Of a stretch of 64,000 nucleotides of DNA, positions 13,930 to 25,285 are shown in pieces (position 1 is the first letter of the stretch; each line of letters begins with the position of its first letter). A program made the translations under genes and the position numbers. The notes beneath the pieces are model-generated. The model was not told where the DNA came from. It ran no database searches and worked only from the letters and a program-made list of their open reading frames with translations. The stretch is from NCBI RefSeq assembly GCF_963921235.1, contig NC_086097.1:73348001-73412000 (forward strand). Direction: 5' to 3'. The DNA is from Mobula hypostoma. Taxonomy: Eukaryota.

Positions 13930-14680
13930 TAGAAGAGAAGACGCTGGGATAGACTTCAAGCTGGATTATAGCAGTGGGGCATGTGACTACCTCTCCTTAG
14001 CACAATGCAGTTTAATGTACAGTCACTGGAGAACATGATACAGGACCCAAGGACAAGATTACTGTATCAGTCGGAAATGAGGGTTTGCTGTCTACTGTGT
14101 TCACTGAGACATGGCTCACCCCCGATACTCCGGACATGGCACTTCATCCAATAGATGAACTGAACTGCAGAATCAGGAAATGGGAGGGGTGCTGGGTGGA
14201 CTTCATGATAACTGCTTTGTGGTGTTCCAGCATACAAATCTTGGCTCACTCTTGTTCTCCCGATCTTGAACCTCAAATGATTAGGTTCTGACTGTTCTAC
14301 TTAGCAAGAGAGTTCTCCACTGTGATCCTGACCACATTTTACATAGAATACTGCCAAAGGCAGATGTCAAACAAGCACTCAATGTATTGAGTGCCATCAT
14401 TAACGTGTGATTCATTTTAAGGGAATGGTAGTGTTAAATGCTGTGCTGTAATCAATGAAGAGTATCTTGATGTATGCATCTTCATTGTCCATAAGTTCCA
14501 GAGCTGAGTGAAGAGCCAATGAAGTGGCATCTGCTGTAACAGTAAGCAAATTGAAGTGGATCCAAGTTATTCCTGAGGCAGGAGCAGTTATGCTTCATGG
14601 CGAACCTCTCAAAGTACTTCATCACAGTGGATGTGAGTGCTACTGGATGATGGTCATTGAAGCAGGTTACCACGTTCTTC
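13930..14680. mobile_element. Rex1/Babar remnant with internal inversion (+ strand endonuclease to ~14403, then - strand RT)
   Basis: +: VFTETWLTPDTPD, SCSPDLE; -: CFNDHHPVALTSTVMKYFERF...LDPLQFAY. Confidence 0.8.
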
Positions 14681-14877
14681 TTGAAAATTGTACAGAGGGA
14701 AGAGATTGCTGCACCTTTGGTCATGATCTTTGTATCCTCAGTAGCCACAAGAGTGCCAGAAGATTGGAAGGTGGCAATGTTATTCCTTTGTTTTACAAAG
14801 ATAATAGGGATAATCCTGGGAATTATGGAACAGTGACCCTTGCATCAGTGGTGAGGAAGCTATTGGAGATGATTCTT

Positions 14878-17800
14878 ACATCAGACCCAGGCAATGAACA
14901 AACGACGATGAGGAAGCAGTGTGCATGTGGCAAAATCTGCAAGAACGATCATGGCTTGAAGATCCACCAAGCGAGGATGAAGTGTTTGGCGGGAGCAGGA
15001 GCAGCACAATGCACAGGTGTCCAACCTGGTGAGCCGAAGGAGGGGCCTGGCCTGGAGTCACCCCATAGTGCCCGGAACCTCCAAGTGTTGCAAACTAATC
15101 CCTCAAACATGAAGTCTAACAGGAGGCGGATCAAATGGCCTGCAGCTAACATGACTTCACTGTGGAAGCAGATGGATGAAGATGTTAACCAAATTCTGGA
15201 GGCAATGGTGAAGGGAGGGGTTGATAGGAAGCTGCAAGCCACGACAACAATTATTGTTAGTATCACAGCTGAACGGTTCAGAGAAGAGGAGAAGGAAGGC
15301 TCCAAAACATCCTACTCAAAGAACCAAAGAGCATTGAGGATCCACAACATCGGGCAGGAGATGAAAGCGCTGAAGTCCCAATACAAGGAGGCAGGAGAAG
15401 AGGAGCGCATTGGCTTGGGCCAGCTGATGTGCATACTACGAAAGAAGATCAGGGTCCTCCGCCGAACAGAGTGACATCAGAGGCGGCGGCGTGAAAGGGC
15501 TCAAAAACGTGTTGCCTTTATCGCCAACACCTTCAAGTTCACCAAGGAGTTGCTGGGGGAGAAGCGCAGTGGGAAACTGGCCTGTTCGCAGGAAGACATA
15601 GACCAACATCTGAAGAAGATATATAATGATCCTGAAAGAGAGCAGGAGTTGGGAGAGTGCGACATCCTAATAGACCCACCCGAACCAGATGTGCAGTTCG
15701 ACATGTCAGAGCTGCAACTAAAGGAAGTCAGAGAGGTCGTCCGCAAAGCAAGGGCAAGCTCGGCTCCAGGACCAAGCAACACCTCGTACAAAGTGTACAA
15801 GAACTGCCCCAAACTCCTGCTGCGTCTGTGGAAGATCCTGAGAATCTTCTGGAGAAGGGGGAAAATCCCAGAACAGTGGAGGGTGGCTGAAGGGGTGTGG
15901 ATCCCGAAGGGGGAAAATGCCACCCAGATAGATCAGTTTCGCATCATCTCCCTGCTGTGTGTCGAGGCGAAGATCTTCTTCAGTGCAGTTTCTAAGCGGC
16001 TGTGCACCTACCTAGCAAAGAACACCTATATTAATACATCAGTCCAGAAGGGTGGCATTTCAGGGATGTCAGCTGTCTGGAGCACATCAGTGTGGCGACA
16101 CAGCTCATCAGGGAGGCCAGAGAGAACAAGGGCAACTTGTCAGTGTTGTGGCTCGACCTGGCAAATGCATATGGCTCCATTCCGCACAAGCTGGTGCAGC
16201 TCACACTGACCAAATATCACGTCCGCAGCAGAATCAGAGACCTTATCGCTGATTATTACAGCAACTTCATGATGAGGATCTCTTCAGGAGCAATTACATC
16301 AACCTGGCACAAGGTGGAGATCGGCATCATCACAGGGTGCACTATCTCAGTGACACTGTTCTCCCTAGCCATGAACATGCTCACTAAGTCTGCTGAACGA
16401 GAGTGCGGAGGGCCCAGAATGAATTCCGCTCAACGGCAACCACCTATCAGGGCATTCATGGATGACCTCACAGTCACCACAGAATCAGTCCCAGGCTGCT
16501 ATAGGATTCTGCAAGGGCTCGAAAAGCTGGTGGAGTGGGTCCGCATGCGTTTCAAACCTGCCAAATCAAGATCGATGACGCTGAGGAAAGGGAAGGTGGA
16601 GAACAAGTTCCGGTTCAGCATCGCAGGCACAGCCATCCCAACCATCACAGAAAAGCCAGTCAAGAGCTTAGGCAAAGTTTTTGACAGCTCTTTAAGGGAC
16701 ACAACATCCATTCAGGCAACCTGCACCAAGTTGGATGGCTAGCTGAAATCTGTGGACAAGTCTGGCCTACCTGCGAAGTTTAAAGCCTGGGTGTATCAGC
16801 ATGGCATTCTTCCCAGAATCCTGTGGCCCCTCCTCGTCTATGCAGTTCCGATCTCGACAGTCGAAACCTTAGAGAGGAGGGTTAGCAACCACCTCAGGAG
16901 ATGGCTGGGGCTGCCAAAGAGCCTGAGCAGCATCGCACTCTATGGACACCACAACAAACTGCAACTGCCCTTCAAATCCTTGGAGGAAGAATTCAAGGTA
17001 ACAAGAGCCAGAGAAGTGCTACAGTATAGGGACTCAAGTGACCCGAAGGTGGCTAGGGCAGGGATCCAAGTAACTACTGGCAGGAAGTGGAGGGCAGAGG
17101 AAGCTGTTCAGGAGGCAGAGGCGAGGCTGTGTCACAGGAGGCTGGTGGGAGTGGTCACACGAGGCCGAGCTGGGCTAGGCTCCTTTCCAACTCCCCAAAT
17201 GGACACCAGAGGAAAGGAAAGGCATTGTCTAGTTCAGGAGGAGGTGAGAGCAATAGTGGAGGAGATGAGAGCCTGCAAGGTGGTGGGAATGAAGCAAAAG
17301 GGAGCTTGGACAAGATGGGAGAATGCGGTTGAGAGGAAAGTGACCTGGGCTGATCTTTGGAAAGCCAAACCACACCGCATCCAATTTCTCATCCAGGCAG
17401 TGTACGATGTGCTTCCAAGCCCATCAAACCTGCACACATGGGGCAAGGCAGAGTCATCTGCGTGCCCACTGTGCTCCAAGCGCGGAACCCTGGAGCACAT
17501 CCTCAGCGGCTGTGCAAGGGCACTTGGTGAGGGACGGTACGGGTGGAGGCATGATCAGATCCTGAAGACCATCGCTGAAGCCGTCAGCGCAGGAGTTGAG
17601 TGGGCGAAGTGGTCCCGACCCTCCAAGCAGACCATTGCCTTTGTCAGAGCTGGGGAGCAGCCAATACCTGCCAAACGAACATCTGCAGGCATTCTAACCT
17701 CTGCAAGGGACTGGCAGCTGTTGGTGGGACCTTGAAGGGCAGCTGAAGTTCCCCAACCATATCGCAGCCACCACCCTGCGACCAGACTGAGTCTGAGTCT

Positions 17801-18260
17801 ACTAAGCAAGTGGTGCTGCTGGAGCTGACAGTCCCATGGGAAGATAGCTTGGAGGAGGCCTTTGAAAGGAAGCTCTTCAAGTACGCAGAACTGGTCAGCA
17901 ACTGTCAGCAGGCTGGATGGGGAGCGAGGTGTCTCCCAGTGGAGGTTGGTTGTAGGGGATTCGTAGCCCGTTCTTTAGTTAGAGCCTTCAGCATTTTGGG
18001 CATCGAGGGAGAGAGGAAGAGGAGAGCCATCCACAGTACCACCGATGCGGCAGAGAGGGCCTCAAGATGGCTGTGGCTCAAAAGCAGGGAGCCATAGAGT
18101 CATAAGTAGCTAGCCATCTGGACACAAGCTGGGGTCTGATCAGCCCCGGCTGGGTCACCTGGAGGATGTTGTATGATGTTGAAAGACCCGAAACACCCGA
18201 TGATTCCAGGAACATCACTGAAGATGTGTCCAGAAGCATCAATAGATGTATGTACACAAC
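14878..18260 (+). mobile_element. HERO-type (R2 group, restriction-like endonuclease) non-LTR retrotransposon, near full-length single ORF with ~4-5 disruptions
   Basis: N-terminal Zn finger CACGKICKNDHGLKIHQARMKC; RT motifs FRIISLL, WLDLANAYGSIPH, GIITGCTIS, FMDD; CCHC CPLCSKRGTLEHILSGC; RHD; RLE LLELTVPWE...ERK...KY...PVEVGCRG. Stops at 15472 and 16740, frameshifts near 16070 and 17730-17790. Confidence 0.92.
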
Positions 18261-18713
18261 AGAGACAGGATTTATGGGCATTTGGAGAAACATAGGCTAA
18301 TTAGGATTAGTCGCTGCGGCTTTATGAGGGCCAGGTTGAGTTTCACAAGCTTGACTGAATTTTTCAAAGTGACAAACAAATTAATAAAGGTGGAGCAGTG
18401 GATGTGGTGCATATGGATTTAATTAAGGTGGAGGAGACACACTGGGTTGAACAGCCTAATTCTGCTCCCATCTCTTATGTCCTATGGTTTGAAAAGGTTC
18501 CCTGTGGCAAGTCATGTACAAAAGACTTTCATACAGAAAGTCAGAAGGCATGGGATACAGGTAAATATGGATGCGTGGATTCAGAATTGGCTTGCCCACA
18601 GAAGTAAAGAGTGGTAGTGGATGGAATGTAATCTGCCTGGAGGTCAGTGACCAATAGTGTTCCACGAGGATTTGTTTTGGGATCCCTGCAGTTGTGATTT
18701 TTATAAATGACTT

Positions 18714-19378
18714 CTCTGGTCCTCCCGGGAGGGGGAGAAGATGGCGGCGCGACGGCAGCACGTGCGGCCACTTCGGTGATGATATCTGTTATCTGTCAAG
18801 TAGGGGACCGTGCATAATTCTGATTTGATGGAGACAGATGTGAGAGCACGGAGGAACATCTGGAAAACCTGCTTCACTGCCGCTGCTACTGTGTGGTAAC
18901 CGAAATCTCCGGAGCTGAAGGCCCTGAAATCCTCGGCTTTGCGTGTTTCAGTGGCCAGGGAGAGGTCGATGGCGCTCAGCAGAGGATTGCGCTCGGGAGG
19001 CTGTATCGGAGAGGCTGATCGGAAGCTCGAAGTTTTCGGACGGATGGACTCAGTGTCAGCTGCTTCCAAGGTATCGGCAAGTTGACAGTGCCTGGAGGTT
19101 TATGGCAGGGAGTTTCTCCCTTTTGCCACCTGCTATCGGGGACTCGGGACTTTGAGACATTTTTTTACTGTGCCCATGGTCTGTTCTTCATCAAATTATG
19201 GTATTGCTTTGCACTGCTGTAACTATATGTTATAATTATGTGTTTCTGTCAGTGTTAGTCTTTGGTCTGTCCTGTTTTCTGTGATATCACTCTGGAGAAA
19301 CATTGTATCATTTCTTAATGCATGTATGCATTTCTAAATGACAATAAAAGAGGACTGAGTGTTCTCCTAATGTAAAAA
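18714..19378 (+). mobile_element. Non-autonomous ~665 bp retroposon (GC-rich head, LINE-like 3' tail) with 9-bp TSD
   Basis: TSD aaatgactt at 18705-18713 and 19379-19387; AATAAA and A-tail; homologous to 56445-57056. Confidence 0.85.
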
Positions 19379-20199
19379 AAATGACTTGGATGATGAAGTG
19401 GAAGGATAGGTTAGGAAGTTTGCCGATGATACGGAGCTTGGTGATGTTGTGCATAGTGTAGAAGGTTGTCATAGGTTACAACGGGACATTGATGGGATGT
19501 AGATCTGAGATGTAGCAGGTGGTGTTCAATCCTGAAAAGTGTGAGGTTATATATTTTGGAAGGTTAAACTTGAAGGCAGAGTACAGGGTTCTTAACAGTG
19601 TGGAGGAATATAGAGGGAGCTTGGGATCCATATTCATGGATCCCTCAAAGTTGCCTTGCAAGCTGATAGGTGGTTAAGAAGGTTTATGGTGTGTTGGCCA
19701 TCATTAGTCGGGGAGTTGAGTTCAAGACCCACGGGTAATTTTACAGGTCTAAAACTTTGATTTGACAACTCTGTGAGTATTGTGTTCCTTGCTTGTTACC
19801 TCATTATTGGAAGAATGCTGAAGCTTTAGAGAGGGTGCAGCATAGATTTACCAAGGTGCTTCCTGTACTTCTGAATTTGGAAAGGTTAAGTGAGCTAGGA
19901 ATTTCTTGATGACTTGATAAAGTTTTATAAGATGATGAGGAATTGATAGAATGGACAGCCAGAGCCTTTTCCCAGGGTGGAATTTGTAATGTATGGATCT
20001 GTTTCTTTAAGTGCAATGACTACCCTAGCAGTACTTATTGACTGATAACTTACCCATGCACATTGATCTGTTATTCTCTATCTCTGCAAAGTCAATATGC
20101 CAGTTAACCGCATCTCCACGGGCATGCTTTTATTTAATTGATATGTAGTTGTACAGACACAACAGAAATGCTAGAGAAGAAGGAATATGATAGAGAAGA

Positions 20200-20553
20200 G
20201 TGTACCATGAGAGACAGGAAATAAGGAGGGGCACCAGGTGGAATGATAGTCAGGTAAGGAGAAGAGGTAAGAGGCCAGAGAGGAAAGTAGAAGAAGAAGA
20301 AGTGAAGTAAAGAAAAAAACTACCAGATGGAGAAATTGATGTTCATGCCATCGGGTTGGAGGTTACCTGGATGGAATATGAAGTGATGCTCCTCCAGCCT
20401 GAGAGTGGCAGAAGAGAAGGCCTTGGATTGACATGTCGTAATGGGAATGAGGATCAGAATTCAAGTGGTTGGCCACCGGGAAGTTCTGCTTTTGGCGGAT
20501 GGAGCGGAGGTGCTTGTCAAGGTGTTCCCCCAATTTATGTTCGGTCTCACCAC
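20200..20553 (-). mobile_element. Penelope GIY-YIG C-terminal fragment plus 3'UTR
   Basis: GETEHKLGEHLDKHLRSIRQKQNFPVANHLNSDPHSHYDMSIQGLL. Confidence 0.85.
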
Positions 20554-22088
20554 TATTATTATTTTGTTTTTGTTTTACCTGGAGCGAATAGAAGAACCTT
20601 GACACAGTTTACTTTGCTGTGTTGCAATCATTCTGTGTCTCTTGTGCATTTTCTTCCCCAATTCCTAAGCTTTTTATTACATTTCCCAGACTTACTCCCT
20701 CATGCATTTGTGGTCCTCTTTTTGTCCTTCTACCTGCTTTTGACTTTGGTGTTCATTCTTTCCCTTGGCTTTTATTCTTTCCCTCAGCGAGACTCCTCTT
20801 TATCCGCCCTATGAGTACCAGATGAATTCTTTTCCCTGAATGCGTGTGTGCTTCTCTTTATTTGTATCCGATGGGTCCTTTTTCAATTAATTTCTGATTT
20901 ACCTCCTGTGACTCTTACATTGTACTCTATCTCACTTTCGTATGTCATTTTCTGATTTCCTTGTGCTTCCTTCAATAGTTCTGCAAGACTTGTTCCTTTG
21001 CCATGTAAAGAAGTGCTAAAAGATTTTTTCCAGGAAATATAAAAACCCCCATGAGCATTGGAATTCAGTAAAGGTGACACAAAGGGATAACAGAACTTCA
21101 TGGTTCACATTATTTTCAGTGGAAGTAATGTTTTTAATTTACAAGCTAGTAATTACATTTTGATGGTAGTTTGTTATTGATTTCAAGAGCTTAGGAATTG
21201 TTTTAGAATTGAAGTGTCACATTGATGAGGTGGAAGGTGCAGTCTTGCTGAGATTCACAGTAAGTTGCATTGCAGGTTGATCGTACTTGCAAGGAGGGAG
21301 TGCTGCGTTCAGAAAGGTAGTTGCTGTGCCTGACCTAATGTACTTTGTTGAATGTTGCTGAACACAGCAAGCAAGTGGTTCATTAGCTAGCATCGTTGTC
21401 ACCAGTGATAATGAGGACACATGGTACATTACAAATCCTAACCTGTAATTAGTGAATACCAAGATCAGCATTGCCAGTCTCTCTGAGATGTTGTTTTCAT
21501 TGTGAGAATTGCTTGTCGGCAGCAAATGAATGGTCTGAGCTGCAGGGCGTTTATCAGAACCAGTATCAAGGACAAACATCACAGAAGAATATGTGAATAT
21601 AAGAAATAAAAGTACTTGGAACTGTGAGAGATACAAGCCTTGTTGTGTACCTGCTTCCTTGTTCTGCCTGGGTAAGGAGGTGGAAGTATTTGCCATCACC
21701 ATCTGTTTGCCCAATTTCCCATCAATTTCGCAAAATAAATTAACCAGTGGGCATTTTTAATTCTCTAAACCATAATAATCAGTATTGCAATTCATTTTGT
21801 GAGGCAACACAAGATCACTGTAGTGTTATCTGATCCAGTTAATTCTCCAACAAATTTTATCCTTGTGTTGAAATTAGATACTATTACGTTCTTAATACTG
21901 CAACTAAAATAATTTGGAAGTAATTTTACTCCTGCAAATAGAATGATTTGTTCTATGTGTCAGAATCTAAATTGCACCAGAAGTTACTGATTTTGAGTAT
22001 GGAGTTATAGATTACTGAAACTACTTTAATCCTTTGGACAGCTAGGATTGAAACTCCAGTGAAGCATTTAATCCTAGTTTTGCAAGTA

Positions 22089-22241
22089 CAGGTCGACCTT
22101 CACTAATCCGGCACCATTGGGACCTGAGGAGTGCCGGATTAGTGAAAATGCCGAATTACGGAAAGATCACATTAAGCATAATCAGTGCCGGACTATCGAA
22201 GGAACCAGATTACAGGTAATCGGATTAGTGAAGGTTGGCTG
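22089..22241. mobile_element. Tc1/mariner-superfamily (pogo/Tigger-like) MITE, 153 bp
   Basis: TA on both flanks (22087-88, 22242-43); TIRs caggtcgaccttcactaatccg / cggattagtgaaggttggctg; internal ccggatta-like subrepeats. Confidence 0.85.
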
Positions 22242-22597
22242 TACTAATTTTTCTTGTATGAAACTTGTTATGTTGTCTGTTTTTCCAGAGGTTATGAACA
22301 AATTTATTGAGAAGGAATAAGTTGAATGCAAATAAGTGGAATTTCAAAGGAACTATATCTAAAGTAACAGGGTGTGGAAAACCAACTTCGTTGGAAATTT
22401 GCTATATGCTATACAGTAGTATGTCTTATTTAGTTATCACATCATTGAAATCAAGTAATTTATTTTAATATTAATTTATGAGTCAATTATTTGCAAATAG
22501 ATGAAGGTTTACTGAACAATTTTGGTGATGAAAACATTTCAAATAGCTAATTTTTTGTCATTCTTTCAAAATCGCAAAGCATTTTGATGTTATTATT

Positions 22598-22756
22598 CAG
22601 CTAGTCCTTCCTTCAGTTAGTCCTGACGAAGGGTCTCGGCCTGAAACGTCGACTGCACCTCTTCCTACAGATGCTGCTTGGCCTGCTGCGTTCACCAGCA
22701 ACTTTGATGTATGTTGCTTGAATTTCCAGCATCTGCAGAATTCCTGTTGTTTGTTG
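22598..22756 (+). mobile_element. Solo Penelope pseudo-LTR/3'-end unit carrying a hammerhead motif, with 14-bp TSD
   Basis: Near-identical to 29093-29237; flanked by exact ttgatgttattatt at 22584-22597 and 22757-22770. Confidence 0.9.
22618..22655 (+). ncRNA. Minimal type-I hammerhead ribozyme motif
   Basis: Stem I tagtc(22618-22)/gactg(22651-55); core CTGACGA 22623-29; stem II agg..cct 22630-42; GAAA 22643-46; loopless palindromic stem III ACGT; predicted GUC cleavage after 22650. Confidence 0.8.
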
Positions 22757-22884
22757 TTGATGTTATTATTGTTTATAACAAATGCTATATTATGTAAATG
22801 TGCATGTAGGGCAAGTTAGCCAATATGTACTGTCTTTTGGGCTAATTTTCACTCCCTATAGTTGCTGATTTAATGAGAGGCCAT

Positions 22885-23912
22885 TTATCCACAAGGGTCA
22901 GTGTTGGGACCATTTCTTTTTATGCTCTAAGTCAATGATTTAGATGATGAAATAGATGAATTTTTTTGCCAAGTTTGCAGATGATATGAAGATTGGTAGA
23001 AGGGCAGGTGTGTTGAGGAAACAGGTAGCCTGCAGAAGGACTTGGATTAGGAGAACGGGCAAGAAAGTGGCAAATAAATTACACTGTTGGAAAATGCATG
23101 ATCATGCACTTTGGTAGTGGAAATAAATGTGAAGACTATTTTCTAAATGGGGAGAAATTCCAAAAATCTGAGATGCAAAGGGACTTGGGAGTTCTTGTGC
23201 AGAGCACCCTAGAGGTTAACTTTCAGGTTGAGTTGGTGTTGAGGAAGGCAAATACAACATTAGCATTCATTTCAAGGGGTCTAGAATATAAGAGCGGGAG
23301 ATGTGGTGCTGAGTCTTTGTAAGGCACTGGTAAGGCCCTCACCTTGAGTATTGTAAACAGTTCTGGGATTCTCATCTAAGAAAAGATGTGCTGCCATTGG
23401 AGAGGGTTCAGAGGAGGTTCACAAGGATGATTCTGGGAATGAAAGGGTTATCATATGAGAAACGTTTGACAGCTCTGGGTCTGTACTCACGGAATTTAGA
23501 AGGATAAGGGGAGGATCTCATTGAAACCTTTCGAATGTTGAAAGGCCTAGACAGAGTAGATGTGAAAAGGATGTCTCCCATGGTGGGGGAGTCTAAGACA
23601 AGAGGGCATAGCCTCAGGATAGAGGGTCATCTATTTAAAACAGAGATGTGGAGAAATATCTTTAGCCAAAGTGTGGTGGATTTGTGGAATTTATTACCAC
23701 AGGCAGCTATGGAGGCTAGGTCATTGGGTGTATTTAAGGCAGAGATTGATAGGTTCTTGATTGCACATGGCATCAAAGGTTATGGGGAGAAGGCAGGTGA
23801 GTGGGGCTGAGGAGGTGGAGAAAAAGGATCAGCCATAATTGAATGGCGGAACAGATTCGATGGGCCAAATAGTCTAATTCTACTCCTATGTCTTCGGGTC
23901 TTATGTTCTTAT
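22885..23912 (+). mobile_element. CR1 LINE 3' fragment (degraded RT C-half and tail)
   Basis: KFADD-like ccaagtttgcagatgat, QRDLGVLV, MLKGLDRVD...TRGHSLRI; same subfamily as 862-1335. Confidence 0.9.
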
Positions 23913-24336
23913 TCAAACTCTCATCCCAATGGCTATTATTCATGTGTCATCTGGCTATTGGATTCTAATAAAAATTGCAGCCATGCCTGACTGCATACTT
24001 CCCTGCTCTGCGCACACTGACTTATTTGAGGCTGAGTTTATGGACTGAAAATTGAAAGAGGAATTCTGATATCTTTTCCTATTCTAAAATGATAGTCAAT
24101 TGCAAACTGCTCACACTGATTAAGATTAAAATAGACCGTGGAATCTGTTCGATCTTTTATGTTGCACACAGATTGGGAGCATTTCTGTTTGATTTAATGT
24201 TTTGGCTAGAGTGGTGGTAAATAGTTTATGTATACTTTCCTATGATTAGTATTGCACGAGCATGAGTTCTATTTTCTATTAACTTCGAGCACATCTCCAG
24301 TATGATTTCAGGAAACTCCTTGATTATAAATCTGTG

Positions 24337-24950
24337 CGACAGGTGATTGATAAGTTCATGGCCTAAGGTAGAAGGAGTCAATTTTATAAAACCTAGAATA
24401 TTTATTTTTCAACATAGTCCCGTCCTACATGTCCACACTTAGTCCAGCGGTCGAGAAGCATACGGATCCCTTCTTTGTAGAAGTCGTCCACAGCAGGGGT
24501 GATGGATAAGTTTGTGGCCTAAGGTAGAAGGAGATGAGTTATTAACTTCAAACTTTCTGTATTATCACTCAAAGAGTTGAACTGCACGTGCATGTAATGA
24601 GAGCGTCTTGGACCTCCAGATTGTCCATAGGGGTGATTGATAAGTTCATAGCCTAGGGTAGAAGAAGATGAGTTATACCACTCTCGTTACATGCGCGTGC
24701 AGTTCAACTCTTCGAGTGAAAATGCAGAAAGTTTGAAGTCTCATCTCCTTCTACCTTGGGCCACGAATTTATCAATCACCCCTGCTGTGGACCACTCCTG
24801 GAGGTCCAAGACGCTGACTTCTACAAAGAAGGGATCCGTATTCTCCACGACCACTGGACTAAATGTGTAAATGTAGGAAAAATAAATGTGCTAGGTTTTC
24901 TAAAATTGACTCTTTTTACCTTAGGCCACAAACTTATCAATCACCCCTCG
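24337..24950. mobile_element. Mariner-derived non-autonomous element with reiterated terminal repeats
   Basis: Outer TIR cga(ca/gg)ggtgattgataagtt..tggcctaaggta; right flank TA; transposase C-terminal remnant FYKEGIRILHDHWTKCVNVG (24756-24953). Confidence 0.85.
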
Positions 24951-25182
24951 TAAGATAATGCTTTAATTACCAGTGCTTCAGTAACAGTTGGCCTCTGGCA
25001 TTTGTACAAGTCTGTCTTAATTCATTGATGCTTTCCTGCATTTGGAATCCTTGAAATGGAGGTTCACGTCCTGAAATTCACTGGTAAACCATTTATGATT
25101 GCTGTAATTTCACATTTCATCACCTGAAATAGTTTTCACAGCAACTGTAAAAATAGCAACATACACAGCTGATGAAGTATTT

Positions 25183-25285
25183 ATCCTGCTGAAGGGTCTC
25201 AGCCCAAAACGTTGACTGTACTTTTTTTTTCCATAGATGCTGCCTGGCCTGCTGAGTTCCTCCAGCATTTTGTGTGTGTTGCTTG
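25183..25285 (+). mobile_element. Degenerate solo Penelope pLTR unit (mutated hammerhead core)
   Basis: tcctgctgaagggtctcagcccaaaacgttgactg...gatgctgcctggcctgctgagttcctccagcattttgtgtgtgttgc. Confidence 0.75.

Larger units (their letters stand above)
14685..19990 (+). mobile_element. Old CR1 ORF2 remnant hosting HERO (14878-18260), a short CR1 tail (~18428-18490) and a non-autonomous retroposon (18714-19378)
   Basis: VIPLFYKDNRDNPGNYGTVTLASVVRKLLEMIL (to 14877) continues as RDRIYGHLE at 18261, then ataaatgactt|ggatgatg...aagtttgccgatgat (INDLD...KFADD). Confidence 0.88.

Noticed and set aside
14524..15474. 316-aa ORF as a novel gene
   Set aside because: Accidental read-through across antisense Rex, a CR1 fragment and the HERO N-terminus; only the part from 14878 is coherent.
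18165..18200. Hammerhead-like tgatg…gaaac in the HERO 3'UTR
   Set aside because: Lacks the CUGANGA core (reads ATGATGT) and has no consistent stems I-III.
20356..20814. 152-aa ORF with hydrophobic C-terminus (membrane protein?)
   Set aside because: The 5' half is antisense Penelope and the 3' half is T/C-rich sequence; it starts at TTG, and the opposite strand has stops in all frames I checked.
21217..21714. 165-aa minus-strand ORF in unique DNA
   Set aside because: No recognisable domain, non-ATG start and no convincing splice context.
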